DNA of 64,000 nucleotides from a virus, in the IMG/VR virus record IMGVR_UViG_3300020045_013318, positions 13,136 through 77,135 of that record; one strand, written 5' to 3'. Shown here in pieces: positions 27,084-35,710 of this stretch. The notes under the pieces were generated by a model that worked only from the letters and a program-made list of their open reading frames with translations, had not been told where the DNA came from and did no database searches. Position 1 is the stretch's first letter. Every line of letters starts with the position of its first letter. The translations under genes and the position numbers were made by a program.

Positions 27084-28626
27084 TCGTTAGAGTAACCTCC
27101 ATTCCTACCAACGCAGACGTGATGGCAACAGCACTCTCTAAAGCAAGTCGAGTTACTTTGAATGGATCAATGATGCCTGCCTCAAACATATTGACATGCT
27201 TTTTGTTCTTGAAGTCAATTCCTATGCCATTTTCGGTATTAACACTTACATTGGTGGGCAATCTAAATAGCTTCTGGATCCAAGTTTTTTGATACATTCC
27301 TGAGTTGTCTACCATTTGAGTGAAGGGGGTAGATAAAGCGTTCTTAAATATTGAATCTTCATGTCTAAATGCGGCCGTTAGGAGAGCTAGTCCTCCTCCA
27401 GGAAGTATTCCTTCTTGAAGAGCTGCTTGAGTAGCATTAATTGCATTCTCAAACTTATACTTCTTGGCATTGAATTCGGTGTCTGTGTACGCCCCAACTC
27501 GAATCACTCCAATTCCTCCCGTCAGCGCAGCCAAGCGATCATTAAGTATTTCTTTCTGATATTCTGAGGTAGTTGAATCAATCTCTCCCTGAATCACTTT
27601 GATTCGATCCCAAAGTTCTGGATTTTCAGTCGCTCCAATGATGGTTGTTCGATCTTTAGTTACGATGACTTTTTCCGCTCGTCCACACACCTCTTTCGTT
27701 TGTTTATCGAGTCGCATTCCTCTCTCCTCCGAAATGATGGTTGCTCCTGTCAATGCTGCCATATCAAGAAGGAAGTCTCGTGCCGGAGAGGCAGTATATG
27801 GATTACGAACACATGCGATGTTGGCAATTTTGTTGACGGCATTCTGAGCGAGAGTCCCAAGAGCAACTCCATCAACGTCATCGGCTATGATTAGAATGTC
27901 GTTCCCCGTTCCAATTGAGTTTAATAGAGAAATAATCTGCTCATTAGTACTTATCTTTCGATCAACTAGAATGATGTAGGGATTTTCAAGAATTGTCTGC
28001 ATCTGCTGATGATCATTGACGAAATATGGAGAAATAAGACCTCTTTCAAATCGAGCTCCTTTCACCACCTCTTTTGAATAGCCTAGCTGTGCCCCCTTTT
28101 CAACTGTCACTACCCCCTTAACACCAACCTCTTTGATTACTTCCGCAATTAGCTTTGCAACTTCAGGATCTAGTGATGAAATGTTGGCAATTTTTTCAAT
28201 ATCATCTTGAGATACTTCTCGTTTAATATATTCAAGTTGTGCAAGTACTTCCTCCAATCCTTGAGTCAGTCTCTCTTTTATTTTTCGACTCTTTGAGCTG
28301 TCTTTCCCAAGCTCTTTGAAGGCTTCAGTGAGAAGTGCTTGAGTAAGAACTGTCGTTGTGGCCGTTCCGTCTCCACCTTCGACCGATGTTCGAACACCCG
28401 CTTTGCGGAGCATTTGAAGTCCAATATTTTCGTATTTATCTTTAAAGTCAAGCTGTCTAAGGATCGTTACTCCATCATCACATTCAATAGGATCCAAGCC
28501 AGGAACCTCAATGAATGCTGTCATCCCGACTGCTCCAAGTGTTGGTCGAACAGCATCACACGCCTTATCAATTCCAGCCTTGACTCTCATTCTTGCTTCG
28601 TGTCCCTTTAGTATTTGTTTGCTCAT
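27067..28626 (-). CDS. groEL: chaperonin GroEL-like
   Basis: DDGVTI, GGDGTATTTVL, RLAALTGGIGVIRVGA.T..E, GILPGGG, GIIDP.KV.R.ALE.A. Confidence 0.95.
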   Translation of the reverse strand: MSKQILKGHEARMRVKAGIDKACDAVRPTLGAVGMTAFIEVPGLDPIECDDGVTILRQLDFKDKYENIGLQMLRKAGVRTSVEGGDGTATTTVLTQALLTEAFKELGKDSSKSRKIKERLTQGLEEVLAQLEYIKREVSQDDIEKIANISSLDPEVAKLIAEVIKEVGVKGVVTVEKGAQLGYSKEVVKGARFERGLISPYFVNDHQQMQTILENPYIILVDRKISTNEQIISLLNSIGTGNDILIIADDVDGVALGTLAQNAVNKIANIACVRNPYTASPARDFLLDMAALTGATIISEERGMRLDKQTKEVCGRAEKVIVTKDRTTIIGATENPELWDRIKVIQGEIDSTTSEYQKEILNDRLAALTGGIGVIRVGAYTDTEFNAKKYKFENAINATQAALQEGILPGGGLALLTAAFRHEDSIFKNALSTPFTQMVDNSGMYQKTWIQKLFRLPTNVSVNTENGIGIDFKNKKHVNMFEAGIIDPFKVTRLALESAVAITSALVGMEVTLTNEEGN

Positions 28627-28916
28627 AGAATGGCTAGAATATCATCTATATTTACAATCTTCATCTTTTGTCCTTCATGATCAATCTCTTGAGTGTCAGG
28701 AGAGTATTTGGCAAATAAAACAATTTGTCCTTGTTGAAATCCTCCCTCAACGAAAGGAGAGACAGTTGAGGTTCCTTTGAGGGCAAATGGATCTTCTCCA
28801 ACTTTCTCAATCTTTCCTTTGTAAATAAAAGAATCGACAACATCGACTGTTTGAAATCCCTCCTTCGCTTCCTCCTCTATTCGAGAGATAAGAATTCTAT
28901 TTCCTAGTATTTTCAT
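28623..28916 (-). CDS. groES: co-chaperonin GroES-like
   Basis: KILGNRILI, VLFAKY, DDILAIL; 97 aa directly upstream of groEL. Confidence 0.85.
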   Translation of the reverse strand: MKILGNRILISRIEEEAKEGFQTVDVVDSFIYKGKIEKVGEDPFALKGTSTVSPFVEGGFQQGQIVLFAKYSPDTQEIDHEGQKMKIVNIDDILAIL

Positions 28917-29353
28917 TATATTTTTTTATAAAGAAGATTATATCCAGTCTCGAAAGGCTGAATGGTATCCTTGTAATGAGCTCCTCGATCCCTAAGTACT
29001 GCCTTTGATTTGACCCAATACCCATCTCTGTGTTTGTCGGTAATCAATCTGATACACCAATGTCCCTCAAAGCATTTTGTTTTGTAGAAAGCGATAAACT
29101 GATTTGGATTACTCCAGTCAATTTCCACCTCCTTGATACTCTGCGCCTTAAAGTCTTCCCCGCACTTTACACAATAGAATTCAGTTAAGACAAATGGCTT
29201 TGCATCCTTTATTAAATCCTGTCTCTCCGCCTTATTCTTTTCCCTCTCAAGGTGGTAGGTTCGATCGTCAGCTTTCTTCTCCTGACCCTCAATAAGCATT
29301 CGGATGTGGTAATGATCTTCGATTAAAGGTCTTGGAGAATGTTCGTATTTCAT
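28916..29353 (-). CDS. hypothetical Zn-ribbon protein
   Basis: CVKC ... CFEGH; coupled to groES. Confidence 0.7.
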   Translation of the reverse strand: MKYEHSPRPLIEDHYHIRMLIEGQEKKADDRTYHLEREKNKAERQDLIKDAKPFVLTEFYCVKCGEDFKAQSIKEVEIDWSNPNQFIAFYKTKCFEGHWCIRLITDKHRDGYWVKSKAVLRDRGAHYKDTIQPFETGYNLLYKKI

Positions 29354-29511
29354 ATCATTTCTTTCACCAGCTTCTTTAGAAATTCCAATGTTTCTCCCTC
29401 AATAGAAATGTACCTATTCCCAAAATCATCACTTTCAATCCAGATGTGAATTGCATTTTCTTCTTTTGAGAGATTTATATCTTCTGCTTTTGGAAGTATC
29501 CATTCACTCAT
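29350..29511 (-). CDS. small hypothetical protein (53 aa, not in ORF track)
   Basis: MSEWILPKAED...KEMI; ATGA overlaps on both sides. Confidence 0.6.
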   Translation of the reverse strand: MSEWILPKAEDINLSKEENAIHIWIESDDFGNRYISIEGETLEFLKKLVKEMI

Positions 29512-29705
29512 AGTCCAAAAATTCCTTTAATTCCCTTCTCTTCATTCTCAAATTGTTTGAACTCCTCTTCAGATCCTAAGGGAATAAATACAGCTTTCCC
29601 GTCTCCAGCATCAGGAATGGCTTCAATTTGCTCCTCTGTCAGATTGTTGAGAATTTCCGGATCTTTCTGACTCAGTTTCCACATTCTCTTGAGGCGTTTC
29701 AACAT
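29508..29705 (-). CDS. hypothetical protein
   Basis: 65 aa in late operon. Confidence 0.6.
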   Translation of the reverse strand: MLKRLKRMWKLSQKDPEILNNLTEEQIEAIPDAGDGKAVFIPLGSEEEFKQFENEEKGIKGIFGL

Positions 29706-30192
29706 AGGATTTGGTTAGTAAACTCTTAATTTCCTCCTCCATCTCTCGGACCCGTTCTCGAACTTCTGTACTAAAGATAAAGTTGTAGGTTGTTTTATTT
29801 TCTCCTGGAGGCTTTTCTTGAACTACTCCAAAGATTGCTGTCGCGTGTTTTAATCCCTTATCAATTGCTTGATAGTCGTCTTTCTTAAATCTATCTTTAG
29901 CTTCGAGTAAGACATCTATCTTTTTGGCTATCTTCTGGGGCGTAATTCCTTGAGCAAGGAGTGCCTTCTTTAATCCCATCTCTTCTAAAGCCGTTTGAAA
30001 TCCCTCTGATTCAATTACTCTTCCGGGAGATTCTGAGACTCTTCCATATCCCTCTTCGCTAAGGATTTGTCCAAGTGGAGCCGGGTTAGGACTAAGAAGA
30101 TTCTCCACCACTCTCTTTGCTGCTCTTCTCTGCTTCGGAGTTGGGTTGGTTGTCCTCTTCTTTCTTGGCTTCTTGTCCAGTTTCTGTTCCAT
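29623..30192 (-). CDS. putative terminase small subunit
   Basis: TPKQRRAA HTH-like N-terminus, helical core, start of packaging operon. Confidence 0.5.
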   Translation of the reverse strand: MEQKLDKKPRKKRTTNPTPKQRRAAKRVVENLLSPNPAPLGQILSEEGYGRVSESPGRVIESEGFQTALEEMGLKKALLAQGITPQKIAKKIDVLLEAKDRFKKDDYQAIDKGLKHATAIFGVVQEKPPGENKTTYNFIFSTEVRERVREMEEEIKSLLTKSYVETPQENVETESERSGNSQQSDRGAN

Positions 30193-30343
30193 AAGGGGTT
30201 GGGACTCCTGGAGATCGCATCAGTGTGATTGTTGATTGAACTCCCATATCCGCATTGTGTTTAATTAAAACTGCCTGAATGTCTTTGGTTAGCGCATCGA
30301 TCTCATCTTTGGTCAAAGTTAAATCTTGAAGTTGTTCTGACAT
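30092..30343 (-). CDS. hypothetical protein
   Basis: first ORF of late operon. Confidence 0.55.
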   Translation of the reverse strand: MSEQLQDLTLTKDEIDALTKDIQAVLIKHNADMGVQSTITLMRSPGVPTPYGTETGQEAKKEEDNQPNSEAEKSSKESGGESS

Positions 30344-30418
30344 AAATAAAAATAGTTATTAAAAATGATTGTATTTATTTGAATAGCGTCATTTGTTATG
30401 ATTTGCTTAATTATAATA

Positions 30419-30660
30419 TGGCCGACGTCTGGTATCGATCCAGACCTTATTTCCTGCGTAAGCTCTCTTAATATAGAAAGTGAAGAGTATTGCAGAGGAA
30501 GTAAGACTTCCTAGTGTCGGTATGATGGCTTGAGGTCTGCATTAAGGTTGGGGACTCCATCATTCTCGATGGGATGCGATGTACTATTCGTTTTATTAGA
30601 GTAAGATATTTTATATATGGCAATGCAGAGGAGAACCAATATGTAAGGTACAAGCCATCC
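30419..30660 (-). ncRNA. candidate two-domain structured RNA ending in a tRNA-like fold with CCA
   Basis: stems GATGGCTTG/CAAGCCATC, TCTGCATT/AATGCAGA, CCGAC/GTCGG, AGGAAGT/ACTTCCT, GTCTGG-ATCGATA-CCAGAC, then CCA; begins ~6 nt after TATACT. Confidence 0.5.
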
Positions 30661-30666
30661 ACATAT

Positions 30667-30714
30667 AGTATACTAAATAGTCAACAATAAGAGCTCTATC
30701 TCTCGGTGGATAAC
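30667..30714 (-). promoter_or_regulatory. late-operon promoter (GTTATCCACC-N32-TATACT)
   Basis: motif read directly. Confidence 0.6.
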
Positions 30715-30726
30715 TGGGTAGTTGGG

Positions 30727-30753
30727 AAAGCAGCCTTTTTGAGGCTGCTTTTT
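30727..30753. terminator. intrinsic terminator-like hairpin
   Basis: AAAGCAGCCT/AGGCTGCTTT with T run. Confidence 0.65.
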
Positions 30754-30782
30754 GCTTGTCTTTCCAAGCGGCCAAGATTTGA

Positions 30783-30986
30783 TCACCTCCTTTTCAGGAT
30801 TAGGATCCAATCGGGATCCAACCACACGTCGTTGATTATTTGGACGATCTGCCATGGAGGATGATTGTGAAATAATCCATGCCAATGACGATGTTCGTCT
30901 TCAGAAACCATTGAAATGTTTCGAGGGGCGTCATCCCCACCATTGGATTTACATTTCCGATGATGAGTACTCTTCTTCGGCTTCAT
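30783..30986 (-). CDS. small HNH-like protein
   Basis: HHRKCKSNGG...NIS...HRHWHGLF. Confidence 0.7.
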   Translation of the reverse strand: MKPKKSTHHRKCKSNGGDDAPRNISMVSEDEHRHWHGLFHNHPPWQIVQIINDVWLDPDWILILKRR

Positions 30987-31237
30987 GTATGCCTCCAGCG
31001 AATGTCCCAGACCTTCTTGGGTACCTCGTTTTCGAGCACATGGATTTCAAGTGCCTCGAAGTTTCCCCCCGAGACATCACCGACAACCATGTACTGCTTG
31101 CCCTCGTACTCCATGAAGAGACAGGTGCGCTCGCCGCACCGTGCCGTCTTGACCACGTTTCCTTCAACGAGTTCGACGGGGGTGATGGCGAGTGCGTTCG
31201 TTACCACAAATGCGAGTACTGCGATAAGGTATTTCAT
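30983..31237 (-). CDS. secreted hypothetical protein
   Basis: signal-peptide-like MKYLIAVLAFVVTNALA. Confidence 0.6.
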   Translation of the reverse strand: MKYLIAVLAFVVTNALAITPVELVEGNVVKTARCGERTCLFMEYEGKQYMVVGDVSGGNFEALEIHVLENEVPKKVWDIRWRHT

Positions 31238-31407
31238 TCTGCGTCCTCCTCAAGTTGGCGATACTGAAAAATGACATTTACTCGCTCGACGTATGTTTTG
31301 TCGAACCACTCTTTGACGCACTTTGAATCGTTACAAATCGGAACACCAAGACTGTGCGACGATGTTTGATATCCACAGATATAGCATTCATCGAGGTAGT
31401 TTTCCAT
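31234..31407 (-). CDS. small Zn-finger protein (57 aa, not in ORF track)
   Basis: MENYLDECYICG...ICNDSKC; ATGA overlap. Confidence 0.6.
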   Translation of the reverse strand: MENYLDECYICGYQTSSHSLGVPICNDSKCVKEWFDKTYVERVNVIFQYRQLEEDAE

Positions 31408-31579
31408 ACTTTCCTCCCGTTAGTTTCAAAAGTAGATTTACATACACCTTGATGACTCTTTCGCGTACGGGCCCATAAAAACAGTCAGGATGGTAGGCGA
31501 GAGTTTCACCACTCTCGAAGTCGTAGAAGAGTGTTGGTCTGCTACCAACCTCTTTTTTACAATGATTGCAGATCAACAC
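31388..31579 (-). CDS. small Zn-finger protein
   Basis: CNHC ... YHPDCF. Confidence 0.6.
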   Translation of the reverse strand: MLICNHCKKEVGSRPTLFYDFESGETLAYHPDCFYGPVRERVIKVYVNLLLKLTGGKYGKLPR

Positions 31580-31589
31580 TGGGTCCCCC

Positions 31590-31673
31590 TTTCAAAGAAC
31601 ATAGATAGAATAATTCTTCTCTTTCATTATCTCATTATTTTGTTCTATCTACTCCTTTCGTGGGGTGCACAAC
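31590..31673 (-). promoter_or_regulatory. promoter (GTTGTGCACC-N32-GATAAT) followed by boxA-like GTTCTTTGAAA
   Basis: box 31664-31673, -10 31626-31631, boxA-like 31590-31600. Confidence 0.5.
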
Positions 31674-31788
31674 TAAATTCTTTTATTGCAATTACAACAA
31701 TAAAGACGATCGTCCCACCCTATTGATTCGTATGTTTTGGCGTAGCAACAAGAAGATCTGAATCCTAGCCAGATCATTAATTTTCTTA

Positions 31789-32124
31789 TCATTTTTTCTT
31801 TTTCTTATTCTCTTTTTTTATCTCTTTTGTTAGGTAAAAATCGACATTCTTTTCATCTCTGAGTCTACTTTTTTCTGCCAAATTTTTCTCCAACTCCTTT
31901 TGTCCCTCTTCGATTGCTGCCTTCATGGCGTCAAGAATTCTGAGCCAAGGACGCATGTAGTTTAGTTCTCGATTGTTGAATAAATACTTCTTTCCTCTCC
32001 ATCGATTTGCTGAATTCATTGGGTCTACTTCAACTAAGCTTAGAGTGCCACGATCGTAATCTATCAAAATAGACACCTTTATTTCGTTAGTTTCAACTGT
32101 TCTTACCTCCAGATGTTTTGTCAT
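31789..32124 (-). CDS. hypothetical protein
   Basis: 111 aa ORF downstream of leftward promoter. Confidence 0.7.
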   Translation of the reverse strand: MTKHLEVRTVETNEIKVSILIDYDRGTLSLVEVDPMNSANRWRGKKYLFNNRELNYMRPWLRILDAMKAAIEEGQKELEKNLAEKSRLRDEKNVDFYLTKEIKKENKKKKK

Positions 32125-32132
32125 AATTGAAT

Positions 32133-32300
32133 CTATTTAATAGGTTTGTCTTGTAATTTTTCAACAATCGCCATTCCCTTCCCCGCAATAGGAGCAACTT
32201 TGTATCGAGTTCGTCCGTACGCTTGTTTGATTTCCAAGATTTTTACTTGGATCCACATACCCTTTATCTCAAAGTATGCACATTGTCCTTCTTTATACAT
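32133..32300 (-). CDS. small beta-rich protein (55 aa, not in ORF track)
   Basis: MYKEGQ..VKILEIKQAYGRTRYKV; similar KILE..(Y/F)GR motif in 40232-40378. Confidence 0.6.
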   Translation of the reverse strand: MYKEGQCAYFEIKGMWIQVKILEIKQAYGRTRYKVAPIAGKGMAIVEKLQDKPIK

Positions 32301-32333
32301 GAAATGATTTGTTACTTATAATTCATCTCATAT

Positions 32334-32415
32334 AGTATCAGACATTCCCCTATCATTGGCAAACTTCATTGTGTTCATAACTATAGTTGACAGGAAGAGG
32401 GGGGTGGAGTACACT
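32334..32415. promoter_or_regulatory. divergent sigma70 promoters sharing one DnaA-box-like element
   Basis: +: TGTTCATAAC-N5-TTGACA-N17-TACACT; -: TTGCCA-N17-GATACT. Confidence 0.75.
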
Positions 32416-32444
32416 ATGAATATTAAAAGTAATGTAAAAATATT

Positions 32445-32594
32445 ATGTTGGAAAAAGAATGGGATGAGGAGGATCAAGATCCTGTCTTAGACCACACCTA
32501 TTTAGAAAATCAATCAATTCAAGAGTTGGCTGAAGAGGCCCTCAAGTCAGAAGAAGAAATCCAAAGAATTATAATGAACGACAATAATCAATAA
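32445..32594 (+). CDS. small acidic protein (49 aa, not in ORF track)
   Basis: MLEKEWDEEDQDP...; first ORF after promoter. Confidence 0.55.
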   Translation: MLEKEWDEEDQDPVLDHTYLENQSIQELAEEALKSEEEIQRIIMNDNNQ

Positions 32595-32596
32595 TT

Positions 32597-32890
32597 ATGA
32601 AACTAACCATAACAAATGGCACAGTTGTAGTTGAAAGTGAAAATAAGAAGGAAGCCTCTGAATTATTCAATCGATATTTTGACACCGCATCTCCAAGCGG
32701 AGAAGTTAAGGTTGTTGTGAAGAATATTAAAACTCCCAAAAAGCACAAGAGACACCTTTTTGCAAAACGATGTCGATATTGCGATCGAGCTTGTAAGGGA
32801 GGAACAGGATTGTCTTCTCATGAACGATCGTGTGTGAAAAAACAAACATCTTTCACTCCCTCCAACATTCCAACAAACCTCTTAAGTTAA
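32597..32890 (+). CDS. C2HC zinc-finger protein
   Basis: CRYC..CKGGTGLSSHERSC. Confidence 0.7.
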   Translation: MKLTITNGTVVVESENKKEASELFNRYFDTASPSGEVKVVVKNIKTPKKHKRHLFAKRCRYCDRACKGGTGLSSHERSCVKKQTSFTPSNIPTNLLS

Positions 32891-32911
32891 TAGAAATATA
32901 GAAAAAACATT

Positions 32912-33517
32912 ATGGCGAAAAAAACAGCAACAATGAAGCTTGGGAAAGCAGACTACGCAAAAGTTCCCGACAGAGTAAAAGAGTTCAGAACTGCACACCC
33001 AGACGGAAAGATCGAACAAGACAATATTAATCTTCCAGATGGACAAATTGAGTTTAGAGCTTGGATTTGGAAAGATAAAACCCAACTAATCGAACTGATA
33101 AAGTCTGGCGTAACGAACACAGCTGTTCTGCGATCCAGTTCCGACTCAAATGGAACGGCCAAGAAGGCTACAAAAGACGTCAAAGATTTTGAAAAACTTG
33201 AAACTATTGCGGTAGGACGAGCTTTGGCAATGCTTGGATACCTTGCGAGTGGAGAGATAGCCTCAAGTGAAGAAATGGAGGAGTTTCTTGCAGATAAAGA
33301 ACAAAAAGCTCAGGAGGAAATCAATGAAATAACTGAAAAGATTGGTGAATGTAAATCTGATTATGCACTTGCAAAGTACTGGCTTTCACTTCCTGGAATC
33401 TTCAAAACTAATCCTGCAGTATTCCTAGCCAAAGAGGAGAAGAAGAAGAGTTTTAAGAAACCAAAGGAAGAAGAGGTCTCTCCTGAGGAGGGGATAATCG
33501 AAGAGGAAACACAATGA
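32912..33517 (+). CDS. Sak/Rad52-like single-strand annealing protein
   Basis: YAKVPDRV..F, ETIAVGRALAMLG, IASSEEM; precedes exonuclease and SSB. Confidence 0.7.
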   Translation: MAKKTATMKLGKADYAKVPDRVKEFRTAHPDGKIEQDNINLPDGQIEFRAWIWKDKTQLIELIKSGVTNTAVLRSSSDSNGTAKKATKDVKDFEKLETIAVGRALAMLGYLASGEIASSEEMEEFLADKEQKAQEEINEITEKIGECKSDYALAKYWLSLPGIFKTNPAVFLAKEEKKKSFKKPKEEEVSPEEGIIEEETQ

Positions 33518-34245
33518 AAATAATAACATACGACAGTCGAGAGGAGTGGCTCAAGGGTCGCCTTGGCAAGATCACAGGATCTAAACTCAATGAGGTGTTC
33601 TCTGTCAAGGAGGTAACAAAGGATGAGATTTCGAAGATTCTAGATCGAGAAAAAATTGAGTACAAAAAGAGCGAAAAGAAGGAAGTTTTGGAGCAATTGG
33701 TTCCAGAAAAATACAAATCAGAACTTCTGGGAAAGCGAGAGTATAAACTTGGATTCTATGAAGTATTGGCAGAACGATTGTCTGTTCCCGAAGAGGGAAA
33801 TGAGACACCAATAGATCGCGGAACTCGACTTGAAGGACCAGCTCTTGACGTCTTTGCAGAAATGACTAAAAAGAAAATCAAAAATGACTTGATTCTTTGG
33901 GTCTCTGATGAGGATGAGGGAATGGCCTACTCACCTGATGGATGTATTTCACCCAAGGAAGTCGTTGAGGTAAAATGTTTGTCTTCTGCCAGACACTTAA
34001 TGGCATACTTCGAACAAACAATTCCTTCTGAGTATGTCAAGCAGTGCTTGCAGGGATTTATAGTCAATGAAAAGCTTCAGATTTGTCATATTGCCTTCTT
34101 TGATCCAAGAATTCCATCAAAACCTCTTCACTGGATAACTCTCAATCGGAAAGATCTTGTTTCGGACATTGAGATGTATCGACAACACGAATTATCAACA
34201 ATTAAAGAATTAGAAGAAAAAGTTAATCAACTAGCATCATACTAA
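33514..34245 (+). CDS. YqaJ/lambda exonuclease-like recombinase
   Basis: EWLKGRLGKITGS, RGTRLE, SPDG, EVKC, Y..Q. Confidence 0.9.
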   Translation: MKIITYDSREEWLKGRLGKITGSKLNEVFSVKEVTKDEISKILDREKIEYKKSEKKEVLEQLVPEKYKSELLGKREYKLGFYEVLAERLSVPEEGNETPIDRGTRLEGPALDVFAEMTKKKIKNDLILWVSDEDEGMAYSPDGCISPKEVVEVKCLSSARHLMAYFEQTIPSEYVKQCLQGFIVNEKLQICHIAFFDPRIPSKPLHWITLNRKDLVSDIEMYRQHELSTIKELEEKVNQLASY

Positions 34246-34247
34246 AC

Positions 34248-34424
34248 ATGCAAATTCGAATCTCAGTGACGGACTTCAAAAGTAAAAGAGGATACAACAC
34301 TCTTGTAAAAAAACTCAGCAACAATGGTATTGGATATGCAATTGAGTATGCCAAAGCACCAAAGGAGCGACTTTTGGTTTCTGGAAGAAAGGATCAAATA
34401 TTAAAAGTTCTTGAATTAATATAA
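34248..34424 (+). CDS. small hypothetical protein (58 aa, not in ORF track)
   Basis: fills the gap between exonuclease and ssb. Confidence 0.55.
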   Translation: MQIRISVTDFKSKRGYNTLVKKLSNNGIGYAIEYAKAPKERLLVSGRKDQILKVLELI

Positions 34425-34427
34425 ATT

Positions 34428-34880
34428 ATGTCAATCAATCTAAATGTGGCAATTGTGTCAGGACGCCTTGTTCGAGATCCAGAATTAAAAGCACTCCCAA
34501 GTGGGGTTTCAATTTGTAATTTCAGTCTAGCTACCAATCACATCTATACAAAAGATAGTGAAAAAAAGGAGTCGGTTGAATTTCATAATGTCGTCCTGTT
34601 TGGGAAACAAGCAGACAACACGGCTCGGTTCCTCAAAAAAGGATCAGAAGCTCTCGTTGAGGGTCGCCTTCAAACTCGATCTTGGGAAAAAGATGGCGTA
34701 AAGCACTACCGAACTGAAATTGTGGGAGACTCAATACAATTTGGATCCAAACAATCATCTCAAAACAACGATGTTGAAGAAGAGAATAATGAGGAAGAAA
34801 CTCCAAAATTAAAAACAAAGAAGATTGAAGCGCCTGAATATCCAGAAGGTGAGATAAATCCCGACGATATTCCTTATTAA
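34428..34880 (+). CDS. ssb: single-stranded DNA-binding protein
   Basis: GRLVRDPEL, FSLATN, KGSEALVEGRLQTRSW, acidic DDIPY tail. Confidence 0.95.
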   Translation: MSINLNVAIVSGRLVRDPELKALPSGVSICNFSLATNHIYTKDSEKKESVEFHNVVLFGKQADNTARFLKKGSEALVEGRLQTRSWEKDGVKHYRTEIVGDSIQFGSKQSSQNNDVEEENNEEETPKLKTKKIEAPEYPEGEINPDDIPY

Positions 34881-34887
34881 AATGAGG

Positions 34888-34930
34888 TGTGCATAACTGA
34901 AGTTGTTTCAAAACCAAAGTATGAGATACT
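34888..34930 (+). promoter_or_regulatory. promoter (TGTGCATAAC-N5-TTGTTT, extended -10 TGAGATACT)
   Basis: motif read directly. Confidence 0.55.
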
Positions 34931-34934
34931 TGTC

Positions 34935-35050
34935 GGATGCAGGTATTAAATGTAAAATGCGTCTTGGATATAAACAGCAATGTTTGTATCTACAACGCAT
35001 TTAATACCGCCGAGAGAGCCCCACAGTCTTAAAAGCTGCGGGGTTTTTTC
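34935..35050 (+). ncRNA. candidate small RNA with own terminator
   Basis: GGTATTAAATG/CATTTAATACC stem enclosing a GCAA-capped 10-bp hairpin, then GAGCCCCACAG/CTGCGGGGTTT terminator. Confidence 0.55.
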
Positions 35051-35341
35051 GTGTGTTTGACAATTTGCAATGTCATAGTTCTCACAATCTATGAAATAAA
35101 TATGTGAAATCTGAACAAGGTTTGTTTGCAGATATAAAGTGCCCGCAATGTCCTCTCTGACAACGGGCGACCTCATCTGCACGCAAATCTCCTCGTTGGA
35201 AGAAATAAAAATAAAGCGGTGCGTTGATAAGCAACAATCTTAGCTGGAGGGAATTTTTTCTAAACGTGTCTACATTGCAATACAGAAAAAGAATCATGTC
35301 CTGAAATATGGTATGAGGGAAATAAAGAGACTATATCTAAA

Positions 35342-35710
35342 ATGTCTTGGATAGAAATTGAGCAAAAAGGATCCACCAAAACAAAGGTGTCTGTTTTGCA
35401 TTTGAGGAAGCTTGCTAGAAAAAAGAGGGAGCTTTCCAAAAATAAAAACACATTTAGTTATGATGCCTTTCTTGTGGGGCAAAGATGGCAAAGCTTCAAG
35501 AGAAAGTATTGGGAAAATCATGAAAAGAAGTGTATAAAATGTGGCTCATTATCCAATGTTTGCATTCATCACAAAACCTACAAGAATTTTAAGAGAGAAA
35601 AGGAGGAGGATGTTGTGGCTTTGTGTGAAGGTTGTCATAAAAAATTCCACAATAGATTTGGCACTCAGAAAGACATGAGAAAAAACACCGACTACTTCTT
35701 GAGGGAGTAG
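35342..35710 (+). CDS. HNH endonuclease
   Basis: CIKCG...IHHKTY...LCEGCHKKFH; start uncertain. Confidence 0.8.
   Translation: MSWIEIEQKGSTKTKVSVLHLRKLARKKRELSKNKNTFSYDAFLVGQRWQSFKRKYWENHEKKCIKCGSLSNVCIHHKTYKNFKREKEEDVVALCEGCHKKFHNRFGTQKDMRKNTDYFLRE

Noticed and set aside
30419-30520. Canonical tRNA or tmRNA gene
   Set aside because: Acceptor is only 5 bp, with no standard D loop, anticodon loop or tag reading frame. Kept only as a tRNA-like candidate.
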